Below are positions 1-8,497 of a DNA stretch of 64,000 nt, piece after piece. Under the pieces are notes generated by a model. That model was not told the origin of the DNA. It searched no databases and saw only the letters and a list, made by a program, of their open reading frames with translations. The stretch comes from Acidobacteriota bacterium (lineage in GTDB: Bacteria > Acidobacteriota > UBA6911 > RPQK01 > JAJDTT01). Where the stretch lies: NCBI GenBank assembly GCA_965209055.1, contig OZ242374.1:3872001-3936000 (forward strand), written 5' to 3'. The position numbers were made by a program, and so were the translations under genes. The stretch's first letter is position 1. Every line of letters starts with the position of its first letter.

Positions 1-407
1 GTCCCGGCGATGGGACGGCACAGGAATTCGCCGTGTCCCTGGGGGCGGTCTGGGCCGGGGGTTCGCAACGGATGCCCCCTGAACCGCTGGACGCCGCCAT
101 CATCTTCGCCCCGGTGGGTCCGCTGGTGCCGCTGGCTCTCGAAGCCGTGGACAAGGGTGGAACCGTGGTCCTGGGCGGAATCCACATGAGCGACATCCCG
201 TCGTTTCCCTACCGCCTGTTGTGGGAGGAACGCCGGCTCTGTTCGGTGGCCAATTTGACCCGGAAGGACGCGGTGGAGTTCCTGGAGGTGGCCCCGCGGG
301 TGCCGGTGCGCACCGAGACCGAGACGTTTGCTCTCGCCGACGCCAACGAAGCCCTCCGCCGGTTGGCGCAGGGCGAGCTGGATGGAGCCGCGGTGCTGGT
401 CCCTTGA
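1..407 (+). CDS. Zinc-dependent alcohol dehydrogenase family protein, C-terminal part (starts before the window)
   Basis: The frame is open from the window edge. It carries LDAAIIFAPVG, GGTVVLGGIHMSDIPSFPY and SVANLTR, typical of the MDR/Zn-ADH C-terminus. Confidence 0.85.
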   Translation, partial: PGDGTAQEFAVSLGAVWAGGSQRMPPEPLDAAIIFAPVGPLVPLALEAVDKGGTVVLGGIHMSDIPSFPYRLLWEERRLCSVANLTRKDAVEFLEVAPRVPVRTETETFALADANEALRRLAQGELDGAAVLVP

Positions 408-535
408 TGCGGGAGGCGGCGCTCGCCGTGCGCGGGGACCGTTTTCACGGCAGGCTCGGACTCATAGTAGACTGACGCCGGGTCCGGGCCTCGGGGCCGG
501 TAAAAAGCCGCATCCTGTCCGTCAGGAGGATCGAC

Positions 536-2293
536 ATGTTATTTCAGGTGGGGGCCGATTCGATAGCTCGTTTCACGGGACCCGGTGCATTGGGAGGCGT
601 CCCGTATGCGTCGAGGCTCGGATCGTTTGGATGGTTGTTGACTCTGGTACTCTCCGCGGGATCGATGACAGCCGAGCCGCAGCCACAGCTCCTCCCTCAT
701 CATGCGGAACTGGGTCCGGGGGTTCACGCCGCCGGGTTCTCCCACCAATTCGCCAGCGCCAACTGCGGATGGGTGGAGATGGACGGGGAGACCCTGCTGG
801 TCGACCTGCCCAGAGGCCGATCCGTTGAGGCCTATCTGGACCGGGTCACGGCTCAAGGAAAGCGGCCCGCGCGGCTTCTGGTGTTGACCCACATCTGGGA
901 GGATTCGTCCTGGGCGGCCTATTCGGCCTACGAACCGGTGGAAAAGCGCTGGTACCGCTCTCCCGAACCCATGCGACCGGACGCGATCGCTCCTCTGGTC
1001 GGCGCGCTGATCAAGGGAGGCGTCAAGCAGATCGTCACCTCTCCCAAGATTCGCCAACGATTGTTGGGCAAGATGCCGGATCTGGATCCGTCCATGGTGA
1101 CGGCCCTGTCGAGTCCGGGCTTCGTGGGAGACTCCGCCCGGTCGATCCGGTTCCTGCCGCTGGACGGAGTCTGGGACGAGGGAGCCGGGGCTCTCTATCT
1201 GCGGAAGGAGAAAGTCCTTTTCGGTGGCCCCTTGGTCATGAACGGCATCCGGTTCCATCCGGATGGGAAGGACACCGCGGCCTGGATCGAGGTTCTGGAC
1301 CGCCTCCATGACCTGGGCGCGAGAGAGGTCGTACCGGGTTTCGGTTCCTGGACCGGGACCAACATGCTGGGGCGTCTCCGCGACCTGCTGGCGGAGCTCC
1401 GGGACGAGGTCGCCTACGGGATCGCCATTGGATACTCCCTGGCCGAGGTCCAGAAGTATGTCCGGATTCCCGACGGGCTCCAGTATTGGACCACCCATTC
1501 GCGCCCCAGAGACCCACAGATCGCCCATGTCTATCGGGAGCTCACGGTCCCCAATGCTCCCTTCCACGGTCGTCCGCCCCGGCCCGGCGACTCCGGTCCC
1601 CATGCGCTGGTCCTGATCGGGGACAGTCCCCATCCACCGGCGCCGATCCGGAAGGCGTTGGCAATGGTATTCCAGGCCACCGGCGTGACTCCCCACTTCA
1701 CGGTGGACGTGAACGCCCTGTCGGCGGAAAACCTGTCCCGGGTCCAGTTGCTGGTCATTCTGCGGGACGGCCGCCAGGTGGAGCGCAAAGGGGAGGGCCG
1801 GGAGCCGTTGCGGGTTCTGGTGGATCCCCTGCATGGGGAGATCAAGACCTGGGTGACCCTGGAACAGGAGCGGGCGGTGGTGGATTTCGTGGAGAAGGGC
1901 GGCTCCTTCCTGAATCTCCACAACTCGCTGGGGCTCTATCCTCCCGCCGGACCCTACTTGAAGCTGGTGGGAGGACGTTACATCGGGCACGGACCCTATG
2001 AGCGCTTCCGCGTCGAGGTGGTGGACCCGGATCATCCCATCACGGAGGGCGTCAGCGACTACACGACCGCCGACGAGCAGCACTCGCCGGTCATCTACGA
2101 CGAGAGCCAGGTCCACATGATCCTGGAGAGCCGGATGGACAACGGAATCGCGGTCCCCGCCGGCTGGGTCCGCGAGGCCGGGAAGGGCAGAGTCTGCCAC
2201 CTGGCCGGCGGCCATCCGGCCGAACCGCTGTTTCACCCCATGTACCAGCGCTTGATGAAGAACGCCGTCCGCTGGTGCCTTCGGGCCGAGTGA
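536..2293 (+). CDS. MBL-fold domain fused to a C-terminal ThuA-like (class I GATase-like) domain
   Basis: AGGAGG RBS. The N-terminal part has ANCGWV/LLVD/VVPGFG MBL-fold segments. The C-terminal part has GGSFLNLH, HPITEG, WVREAGKGRV and LMKNAVRW, typical of ThuA. Confidence 0.7.
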   Translation: MLFQVGADSIARFTGPGALGGVPYASRLGSFGWLLTLVLSAGSMTAEPQPQLLPHHAELGPGVHAAGFSHQFASANCGWVEMDGETLLVDLPRGRSVEAYLDRVTAQGKRPARLLVLTHIWEDSSWAAYSAYEPVEKRWYRSPEPMRPDAIAPLVGALIKGGVKQIVTSPKIRQRLLGKMPDLDPSMVTALSSPGFVGDSARSIRFLPLDGVWDEGAGALYLRKEKVLFGGPLVMNGIRFHPDGKDTAAWIEVLDRLHDLGAREVVPGFGSWTGTNMLGRLRDLLAELRDEVAYGIAIGYSLAEVQKYVRIPDGLQYWTTHSRPRDPQIAHVYRELTVPNAPFHGRPPRPGDSGPHALVLIGDSPHPPAPIRKALAMVFQATGVTPHFTVDVNALSAENLSRVQLLVILRDGRQVERKGEGREPLRVLVDPLHGEIKTWVTLEQERAVVDFVEKGGSFLNLHNSLGLYPPAGPYLKLVGGRYIGHGPYERFRVEVVDPDHPITEGVSDYTTADEQHSPVIYDESQVHMILESRMDNGIAVPAGWVREAGKGRVCHLAGGHPAEPLFHPMYQRLMKNAVRWCLRAE

Positions 2294-2361
2294 TAGGAGG
2301 GGGGACTTTCCTGTCCCCCCTGACCCCCCTGTCGGCGGTAGGAATACCGCCGCTCCTACGG
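2292..2361. repeat. REP-like hairpin doublet between convergent genes
   Basis: ATAGGAG-GGGGGAC-TTTCCT-GTCCCCC on the + strand, and GTAGGAGC-GGCGGTA-TTCC-TACCGCC on the - strand. Confidence 0.65.
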
Positions 2362-2379
2362 CGGCAGGGATGGCGTGGC

Positions 2380-4086
2380 TCATCGCAGGAAGTCGAAATC
2401 GCATCCCTGGTCCGCCTGCAGGACGCGTTCGAAGTAGAGTCGGCGGTAGCCTCTTGATGCGGGCCGGACCCGGCGACGGAAGCCCGCAAGCCGGCGCTGG
2501 ATCTCCCGCGGCTCGACCAGGAGGTCCAATCGCCGGGCCGGAACGTCGAGCCGGATGGGATCGCCCGTGCGGACCGCGGCCAGCGGTCCTCCCGCTTCGC
2601 TCTCGGGGCAGACGTGGACCACCACCGTTCCCCGAGCCGTGCCGCTGATGCGAGCGTCGCTGATCCGGACCATGTCCCGAACGCCCGAACGGAGCAGTTT
2701 TCGGGGGATCGGCAGCAGTCCCCATTCGGGCATGCCGGGACCGCCGAGGGGCCCGGCGCCTCGAAGCACCAGCACGTCCTCGGGACCGACTTCCAGATCC
2801 GGATCGTCGATGCCCTCCAGCAGTTCGTGGTGATCGTCGAAAACGATCGCCCGGCCCTCATGGCGCAGCAGTCCGGGCGCGGCGGCGCTGTGCTTGATGA
2901 TGCATCCGTCCGGAGCCAGCGACCCGTAGAGGACGGCCAGGCCGCCGGCAGGTTCCAGCGGGCGGTCCAGGGGACGGATCACTTCCGGATTGTCGTTGCG
3001 GGCTCCCTGAAGGTTCTCGCCCAGGCTCTTTCCGGTGACCGTGGGCTGGTCCAGGTCCAGCAGAGGCGCGATCTCATTCAAAAGCGCCGCCGCCCCTCCC
3101 GCGTAGGCGAAGTCCTCCATCAGGAAACGCCCCGCCGGCTTCAGATCCAGGAGCACCGGTGTCGTCTGAGACAGTTCGTCGAACCTCTTGAGCGACAGCG
3201 GGATGCCGGCGCGTCCGGCCACGGCCAGAAGATGCACGATGGCGTTCGTGGATCCGCCGATGGCGTGCAGCGTGTGGATGGCGTTGTCGAACGACGCGGC
3301 GCTCAGCAGCCGGGACGGTTTCAGATCCCGTTCCGCCAAGTCCACGATCCGGCGTCCGGCGCGGTGCGCCAGGCGGGTCCGGCGGGAATCGGCCGCCGGA
3401 TAGGCGGCGTTTCCGGGCAGCGCCAATCCCAGGGCTTCGGACAGTGTGGCCAGGGTGGAAGCCGTGCCCATGGTCATGCAGTGCCCCGGACTCCGGATCA
3501 TGGCGCCCTGGAGATCCAGCCAGTCTTCCTGCTTGATTCTCCCGGCTCTCAGTTCGGCCTCGAAGCGCCTGCAATCGGTGCACGATCCCAGCTCCTGGCC
3601 CCGCCAGTGGGCGGTGAGCTGTGGCCCGCCCGTCACCAGGATCGCCGGCAGGTCCGCGCTCACGGCTCCCATGAGCAGTCCCGGCGTGGTCTTGTCGCAT
3701 CCTCCCAGCAGGACCACGCCGTCCAGAGGATTGGCCCGGATGCATTCCTCCACGTCCATGCTTAGGAGGTTGCGGAAGAGCATGGCGGTGGGCCGCATGT
3801 TGAACTCGCCCAACGAGATGACCGGGAATTCGAAGGGCACTCCGCCCGCCTGCCAGACCCCCTCCTTGACCCGCTGGGCGAGGGTGCGCAGGTGGGCATT
3901 GCAATGGGTCAACTCGCTCCAGGTGTTGCAGATGCCGATGAGGGGACGGTCCCGGTACACGCCGGGGTCGAGACCCAGCCCCTGCAGGGCGGCCTGCCGG
4001 GTCCACCCGTACAGTTCGGGGGTGTCGAACCACTCGCGGCTGCGCAAGTTGCGCCTTTTTCTGTTCTTCAATCCCTTCGCCTCCAC
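2380..4086 (-). CDS. IlvD/Edd family dehydratase (sugar-acid dehydratase-like)
   Basis: Motifs CNAHL, GGCDKTTPG, CMTMGTAST, IGGSTNA, GGPGMPE and SDARISGT. Confidence 0.92.
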   Translation of the reverse strand: MEAKGLKNRKRRNLRSREWFDTPELYGWTRQAALQGLGLDPGVYRDRPLIGICNTWSELTHCNAHLRTLAQRVKEGVWQAGGVPFEFPVISLGEFNMRPTAMLFRNLLSMDVEECIRANPLDGVVLLGGCDKTTPGLLMGAVSADLPAILVTGGPQLTAHWRGQELGSCTDCRRFEAELRAGRIKQEDWLDLQGAMIRSPGHCMTMGTASTLATLSEALGLALPGNAAYPAADSRRTRLAHRAGRRIVDLAERDLKPSRLLSAASFDNAIHTLHAIGGSTNAIVHLLAVAGRAGIPLSLKRFDELSQTTPVLLDLKPAGRFLMEDFAYAGGAAALLNEIAPLLDLDQPTVTGKSLGENLQGARNDNPEVIRPLDRPLEPAGGLAVLYGSLAPDGCIIKHSAAAPGLLRHEGRAIVFDDHHELLEGIDDPDLEVGPEDVLVLRGAGPLGGPGMPEWGLLPIPRKLLRSGVRDMVRISDARISGTARGTVVVHVCPESEAGGPLAAVRTGDPIRLDVPARRLDLLVEPREIQRRLAGFRRRVRPASRGYRRLYFERVLQADQGCDFDFLR

Positions 4087-4245
4087 CCCGAAAAATTCCC
4101 GAGTCCTGTGTTATCATGCCCGCAACTCCGACACAATTCGGAGAGGGCTCGTTGGCCCGAACACCCCGGAGGGCGGTGGAGGGCCGTTCCTGCGGCGGAT
4201 TTTGTGACTGCTCGGTCCGCGTCCCGCAACTCAGAAAGGAGATCC

Positions 4246-5190
4246 ATGATGCTGAATTTTCGGGGATTCGTGACGTTGCTGGCCCCCTCTCTTCTTCTGC
4301 TCTGCAGTTGTGGCGGGAACATCAACGAGGAGCTGATCGATGCCGCGGGGAATGGGGATGACGCCGCCGTCAAGGAACTCCTGGCACAAGGGGCCGACGC
4401 CAATGCCGCCAGCGAGGAGGAGGGACAGGAAGGACAGCTCGCCCTCATCCTGGCCGCCGGTCACGGCCACGACGCCGTGGTCCAGTCGTTGATCGGTGGC
4501 GGCGCCGACATCGAAATCCGCGATTCCGAACAGCGGACACCCTTGATGGCGGCCGCGGCGAGCGGTCAGGCCGGGACGGTCCGGGTCCTGCTGGAGGCCG
4601 GCGCCGATGTGGAGGCGCAGGACAACCGGAAGCGGACGGCCGTGCTCTGGGCCGCGGCTCGGGGTCACGACGAGGTCATCGGCGCGCTGGCGGAAAAGGG
4701 AGCCAATCTGGACGTGGCGGATCAGAGCGGCGGAACCGCACTGATCATGTCCCTCGGGGCCGGACATGGCGAGACGGCGCGAGCGCTGCTGAGCCACGGC
4801 GCGGACGCCTATGCCATGACCAGCGACGGATCTCCTTCCATCCTGCTGGCGGCCAAACTGGGTGACACGGAGAGCGTCAACGCCCTGCTGCAAGAGGGAG
4901 TCGACGCCGAGGGAACGGATCCGGACGGAAAGACCTCCGTGGTGTGGGCCGCCGAGGGTGGACACACCGAAACCGTGAAGGCCCTGGCCGAGTCGGGAGC
5001 CGACGTCAACGTGCAGGACAAGCAGGGTTGGACCGGACTCATGTACGCGGCGGTCAATGGGCATGCCGATGCGGTCAAGTCGCTGTTGGAGGCCGGAGCC
5101 GACGCCAGGGCCAGGAACGAGGACGGGAAGACGGCCCGGACGCTGGCTCAAGAGGGGAACAAGGAGGAGGTCGCCGCCCTCTTGAAGTAG
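4246..5190 (+). CDS. Ankyrin-repeat lipoprotein
   Basis: AAGGAG RBS before the ATG at 4246, signal peptide ending in LCSC, and multiple TPLMAAA/GH...V..LL..GAD repeats. Confidence 0.9.
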   Translation: MMLNFRGFVTLLAPSLLLLCSCGGNINEELIDAAGNGDDAAVKELLAQGADANAASEEEGQEGQLALILAAGHGHDAVVQSLIGGGADIEIRDSEQRTPLMAAAASGQAGTVRVLLEAGADVEAQDNRKRTAVLWAAARGHDEVIGALAEKGANLDVADQSGGTALIMSLGAGHGETARALLSHGADAYAMTSDGSPSILLAAKLGDTESVNALLQEGVDAEGTDPDGKTSVVWAAEGGHTETVKALAESGADVNVQDKQGWTGLMYAAVNGHADAVKSLLEAGADARARNEDGKTARTLAQEGNKEEVAALLK

Positions 5191-5193
5191 CCC

Positions 5194-6420
5194 ATGTCCG
5201 AACCGTCCCCGTCCCATCTGAGCCGCCGCCGTTTCCTGGAGAGGAGCTTGGCCTACGGAGCCGCCGCCGCGGCTCCGTCCACGGCGGCGAAGGCGGTTTC
5301 GGCTTCGGCGGCGAAACGTTCGGGCGAACGCAGATTTTCACTCTGGTGCGCTCCGGGCGGACTGATCAGTCCAACTCAGCCTTCCGACGAGGCGGCCGTC
5401 ATCGACTTCGTCGAAAAGTGCGCCCGCCATGGCGTGACCCATCTGATTCCGACCCGCGGATCCCCGATCCTGGCCCAGGCGGCGGCGGAAAAGGGGATCG
5501 TGATGCATCCCTACATGGCGTTCAACAGCTATGGCGCGAGGCGGATGCGGGCCAACTGGTCTCTCAACTACATCGGTCTTCCTTACGGTTCCGCCAAGCT
5601 CAAGGAAAAGCTTGATCGCCATCGTCCCATCTGGAACAGCCCCCGGGCCGTCCTGAGCGTCAGCCCCTTTGCCGAGAAGCACCCCGACTGGTGGGCGCTG
5701 GACCGGGAAGGGGACCGGGAACTCAAGGTGGGGAGCCGGCTCTCCATGAGCTTGGCCGTGCCCGAGGTCCGGTCCGACATGGTCGACCGGTATATGAACA
5801 TCGTGGAGGAATCGGGCGGCCATGGCATCCAGGTGGAATTCGTGAGCGAGTTCCGGGACCGACACGGCGCGGCGATCCACGGCTACGAACCGCCCATGGT
5901 GGAGGAGTACCGCAAGCGGTACGGCAAGAGCCCCTCGGAACTCCCGAACCATGACCCGGACTGGCTCCGCTTCCGGGCCGGCTTCGTCACCGAAACCCTT
6001 CGGGCTCTGCGCCGCCGGTTGAAGGAGCGCCGCCCGGAAGCTCCCCTCTCCATAGCCGTCATTGCCCAGGACCTGGAGGGGCCGCACGGAGACCGCTACC
6101 TGGGCGCCTTCCAGGATCTCCGCGCCTGGCTCGACGAGTCGCTGATGGACGAACTCTACCTCTGGTTTCGGACCACTTCGGACGTGAACCGGGTGGAGCG
6201 CCATACGAGCCAGCTCGTGGAATTGATCCAGGGACGCTGTCCGCTGATCGTGGAGTTGTCCTGCTACCACGTCGGCAGTTTTCAGGATCCGAAACTGATG
6301 ATGGGGGCCGCCCGGACCGCCCTGGCCAACGGAGCCGAATCAGTGGGAATGTACCGCGGCCATGCGGTGGACCAGTTGAACTTCTGGCCCCTCATCGAGG
6401 AAATCCGGTCGCTGGGGTGA
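5194..6420 (+). CDS. Tat-exported glycoside hydrolase-like TIM-barrel protein (GHL10-like)
   Basis: SRRRFL Tat motif, plus HPDWW, PEVR, WLRFRA and QDLRAWL segments resembling GHL10. Confidence 0.6.
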   Translation: MSEPSPSHLSRRRFLERSLAYGAAAAAPSTAAKAVSASAAKRSGERRFSLWCAPGGLISPTQPSDEAAVIDFVEKCARHGVTHLIPTRGSPILAQAAAEKGIVMHPYMAFNSYGARRMRANWSLNYIGLPYGSAKLKEKLDRHRPIWNSPRAVLSVSPFAEKHPDWWALDREGDRELKVGSRLSMSLAVPEVRSDMVDRYMNIVEESGGHGIQVEFVSEFRDRHGAAIHGYEPPMVEEYRKRYGKSPSELPNHDPDWLRFRAGFVTETLRALRRRLKERRPEAPLSIAVIAQDLEGPHGDRYLGAFQDLRAWLDESLMDELYLWFRTTSDVNRVERHTSQLVELIQGRCPLIVELSCYHVGSFQDPKLMMGAARTALANGAESVGMYRGHAVDQLNFWPLIEEIRSLG

Positions 6421-6470
6421 TCAGGGCCGTTTCGAATTTCGTCTGCTCTTTCCCGGACAGTAAGACCGAA

Positions 6471-6568
6471 CGGCGGTTTCCTGACCGCCGAACTGGAGCG
6501 GCGATTTCCAATCGCCGAACTCCTGATTGACAAACTTGTCGACGAAGACCGGGCGATTGGAAATCGCC
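6471..6568. repeat. Cluster of three REP-like GC hairpins
   Basis: CGGCGGT-TTCCTG-ACCGCCG, CGGCGATT-TCC-AATCGCCG and the inverted copy GGCGATT-GGA-AATCGCC. Confidence 0.6.
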
Positions 6569-6603
6569 TGCTTGTTTCTAAGGAGACGGCGCGAAAAGGA
6601 GAA

Positions 6604-8487
6604 GTGATGGGACGCGGGCAAAGGATTGTATCGACCCTGTCCCTGGTGGGGCTTGGCCTTCCGGCGCTGGCAGGGCATCAGAAACCGGATTCGGGGCACT
6701 ATTCCGAGCCGGAGTACGAAACCAAGGTCGTGCTGGGGAACAAGGTGCCCATGAGAGACGGGGTCAGGATTTCCGTGGACCTCTACCGGCCCGACGCTCC
6801 GGGAAGATTTCCCGTGATCCTGACTCACACGGGTTACAGCAATCTCGGTGGAACACCCGGGTTCGGAACGGATCGAGCCAAGTGGTTCGCGCGGCGCGGT
6901 TACGTCTACGCCGTTTCCGACTTGCGCGGCCGATACGATTCGGAAGGGGAAACGGACATCTTCGACGAGAAACACAAGACGGACGGTTATGAGCTCGTCG
7001 AGTGGCTGGCGCGCCAATCCTGGTCCAACGGCAATGTCGGCATGACCGGGGGCTCCTATCTGGGTTGGACCCAGTGGTGGACCGCCAGCCAGGCGCCTCC
7101 TTCCTTGAAGGCGATCGCGCCCGAGGTGGCTCCCCCGGACCAGTTCTTCAATGCTCCGTACCAGAACGGCATCCTGGTGAGCTGGGCCATGGATTGGGGC
7201 GCGGGAATGATGGCCGGCCGCACCATACAGGTGATCGGCGAGGGGCCCTACGGAGGTTTTTCAAACAATCGGCACGAGGAATACATGCATCTGCCCTATA
7301 TCGACCTTCCGAAAGTGAAGGGAGCGCTGGATGCGCCCTGGTTCGGGACCTGGATCCGGCAGAACCTCTCGACGGGTGAATACTGGAGGAAGATCTCCTA
7401 CCAGGGCGAACACAACTATTCGAAGATGACGGTGCCGGCCCTGAACATCACGGGGTGGTTCGATGCGAATTATCCCGGCTCGCCCATGAACTACCAGGGG
7501 ATGAAGCAGTACGGAGCGACTCCGGAATCCCGGCGACCGTCCCTCGTCATCGGACCCTGGCAACACTCCATCAACCAGCGGGTGGTCGCGGGATTCGACT
7601 ACGGTCCCGATGCCGAGATCGACCTGAACGGAATGATCTGCCGGTGGTTCGACCATTTCCTGAAGGGGATCGACAACGGAGTGACCGATGGGCCTCCCGT
7701 CCATGTCTTCGTCATGGGTCCCAACCGCTGGTACGCGGAACCGGATTGGCCGCTGCCTCAAACGAAATGGACGAAGTACTACCTGCACAGTCAAGGGAAG
7801 GCAAATTCGCTGAAGGGTGACGGGGTGTTGAACACCACACCGCCGGGTGAGGAAGCATGGGACGCCTATGTCTACGATCCGTCCGATCCCACGCCCAGCG
7901 CCCCTTTTACGAATGGCCATATCGATGGAGCGGTGGATGCGCGTATCCCGGCGATCCGGGATGACGTGCTGGTCTATACGACATCGCCGCTGGGCGAAGA
8001 CATGGAAGTGACGGGGCCGGTCAAGGCGATACTCTATGCGGCCACCTCGGCGCGGGATACCGATTGGATGGTACGCCTGATCGACGTCCATCCCGATGGG
8101 TATGCCGCCCTCCTGTGTGACGGGGTGATCCGGGCGCGGCATCGGGACCCGCAACGGGGAGGGGCGTTCAATCCGGAGCGTCTGAGCGAGATCGAGCCCG
8201 GCAAGGTCTACGAATATACGATCGAGTTCTGGAGGTCGACCGGGAACGTGTTCAAGAAGGGGCACCGCATCCGCGTCGAGATCTCCAGCAGTTACTTCCC
8301 CTACTACCTGCGAAATTTGAACACGGGCGCCGACAATATCGGTCTGGAGACCCGTTCAGAAGTGGCCCGGCAGAAGGTCTTTCATGACGCCGAATCTCCC
8401 TCCCACGTCACTTTGCCGGTGATCCCGAGTCGGAAATCGGACCCGTCGCCTGCCGTCAGCACGGACGGAAACCAGCGGCAAGAATAG
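6604..8487 (+). CDS. CocE/NonD family serine hydrolase, exported
   Basis: VPMRDGV, DLRGRYDSEG, nucleophile motif GGSYLG, GWFD, GPWQH and a C-terminal PepX-like domain. Confidence 0.92.
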   Translation: MMGRGQRIVSTLSLVGLGLPALAGHQKPDSGHYSEPEYETKVVLGNKVPMRDGVRISVDLYRPDAPGRFPVILTHTGYSNLGGTPGFGTDRAKWFARRGYVYAVSDLRGRYDSEGETDIFDEKHKTDGYELVEWLARQSWSNGNVGMTGGSYLGWTQWWTASQAPPSLKAIAPEVAPPDQFFNAPYQNGILVSWAMDWGAGMMAGRTIQVIGEGPYGGFSNNRHEEYMHLPYIDLPKVKGALDAPWFGTWIRQNLSTGEYWRKISYQGEHNYSKMTVPALNITGWFDANYPGSPMNYQGMKQYGATPESRRPSLVIGPWQHSINQRVVAGFDYGPDAEIDLNGMICRWFDHFLKGIDNGVTDGPPVHVFVMGPNRWYAEPDWPLPQTKWTKYYLHSQGKANSLKGDGVLNTTPPGEEAWDAYVYDPSDPTPSAPFTNGHIDGAVDARIPAIRDDVLVYTTSPLGEDMEVTGPVKAILYAATSARDTDWMVRLIDVHPDGYAALLCDGVIRARHRDPQRGGAFNPERLSEIEPGKVYEYTIEFWRSTGNVFKKGHRIRVEISSSYFPYYLRNLNTGADNIGLETRSEVARQKVFHDAESPSHVTLPVIPSRKSDPSPAVSTDGNQRQE

Positions 8488-8497
8488 GCGGGACCGC

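Noticed and set aside
539-2725. Long antisense ORFs (728 aa here; also 8519-9829, 25890-27446, 46254-48137)
   Set aside because: Shadow frames of high-GC genes on the opposite strand, with no recognisable motifs.
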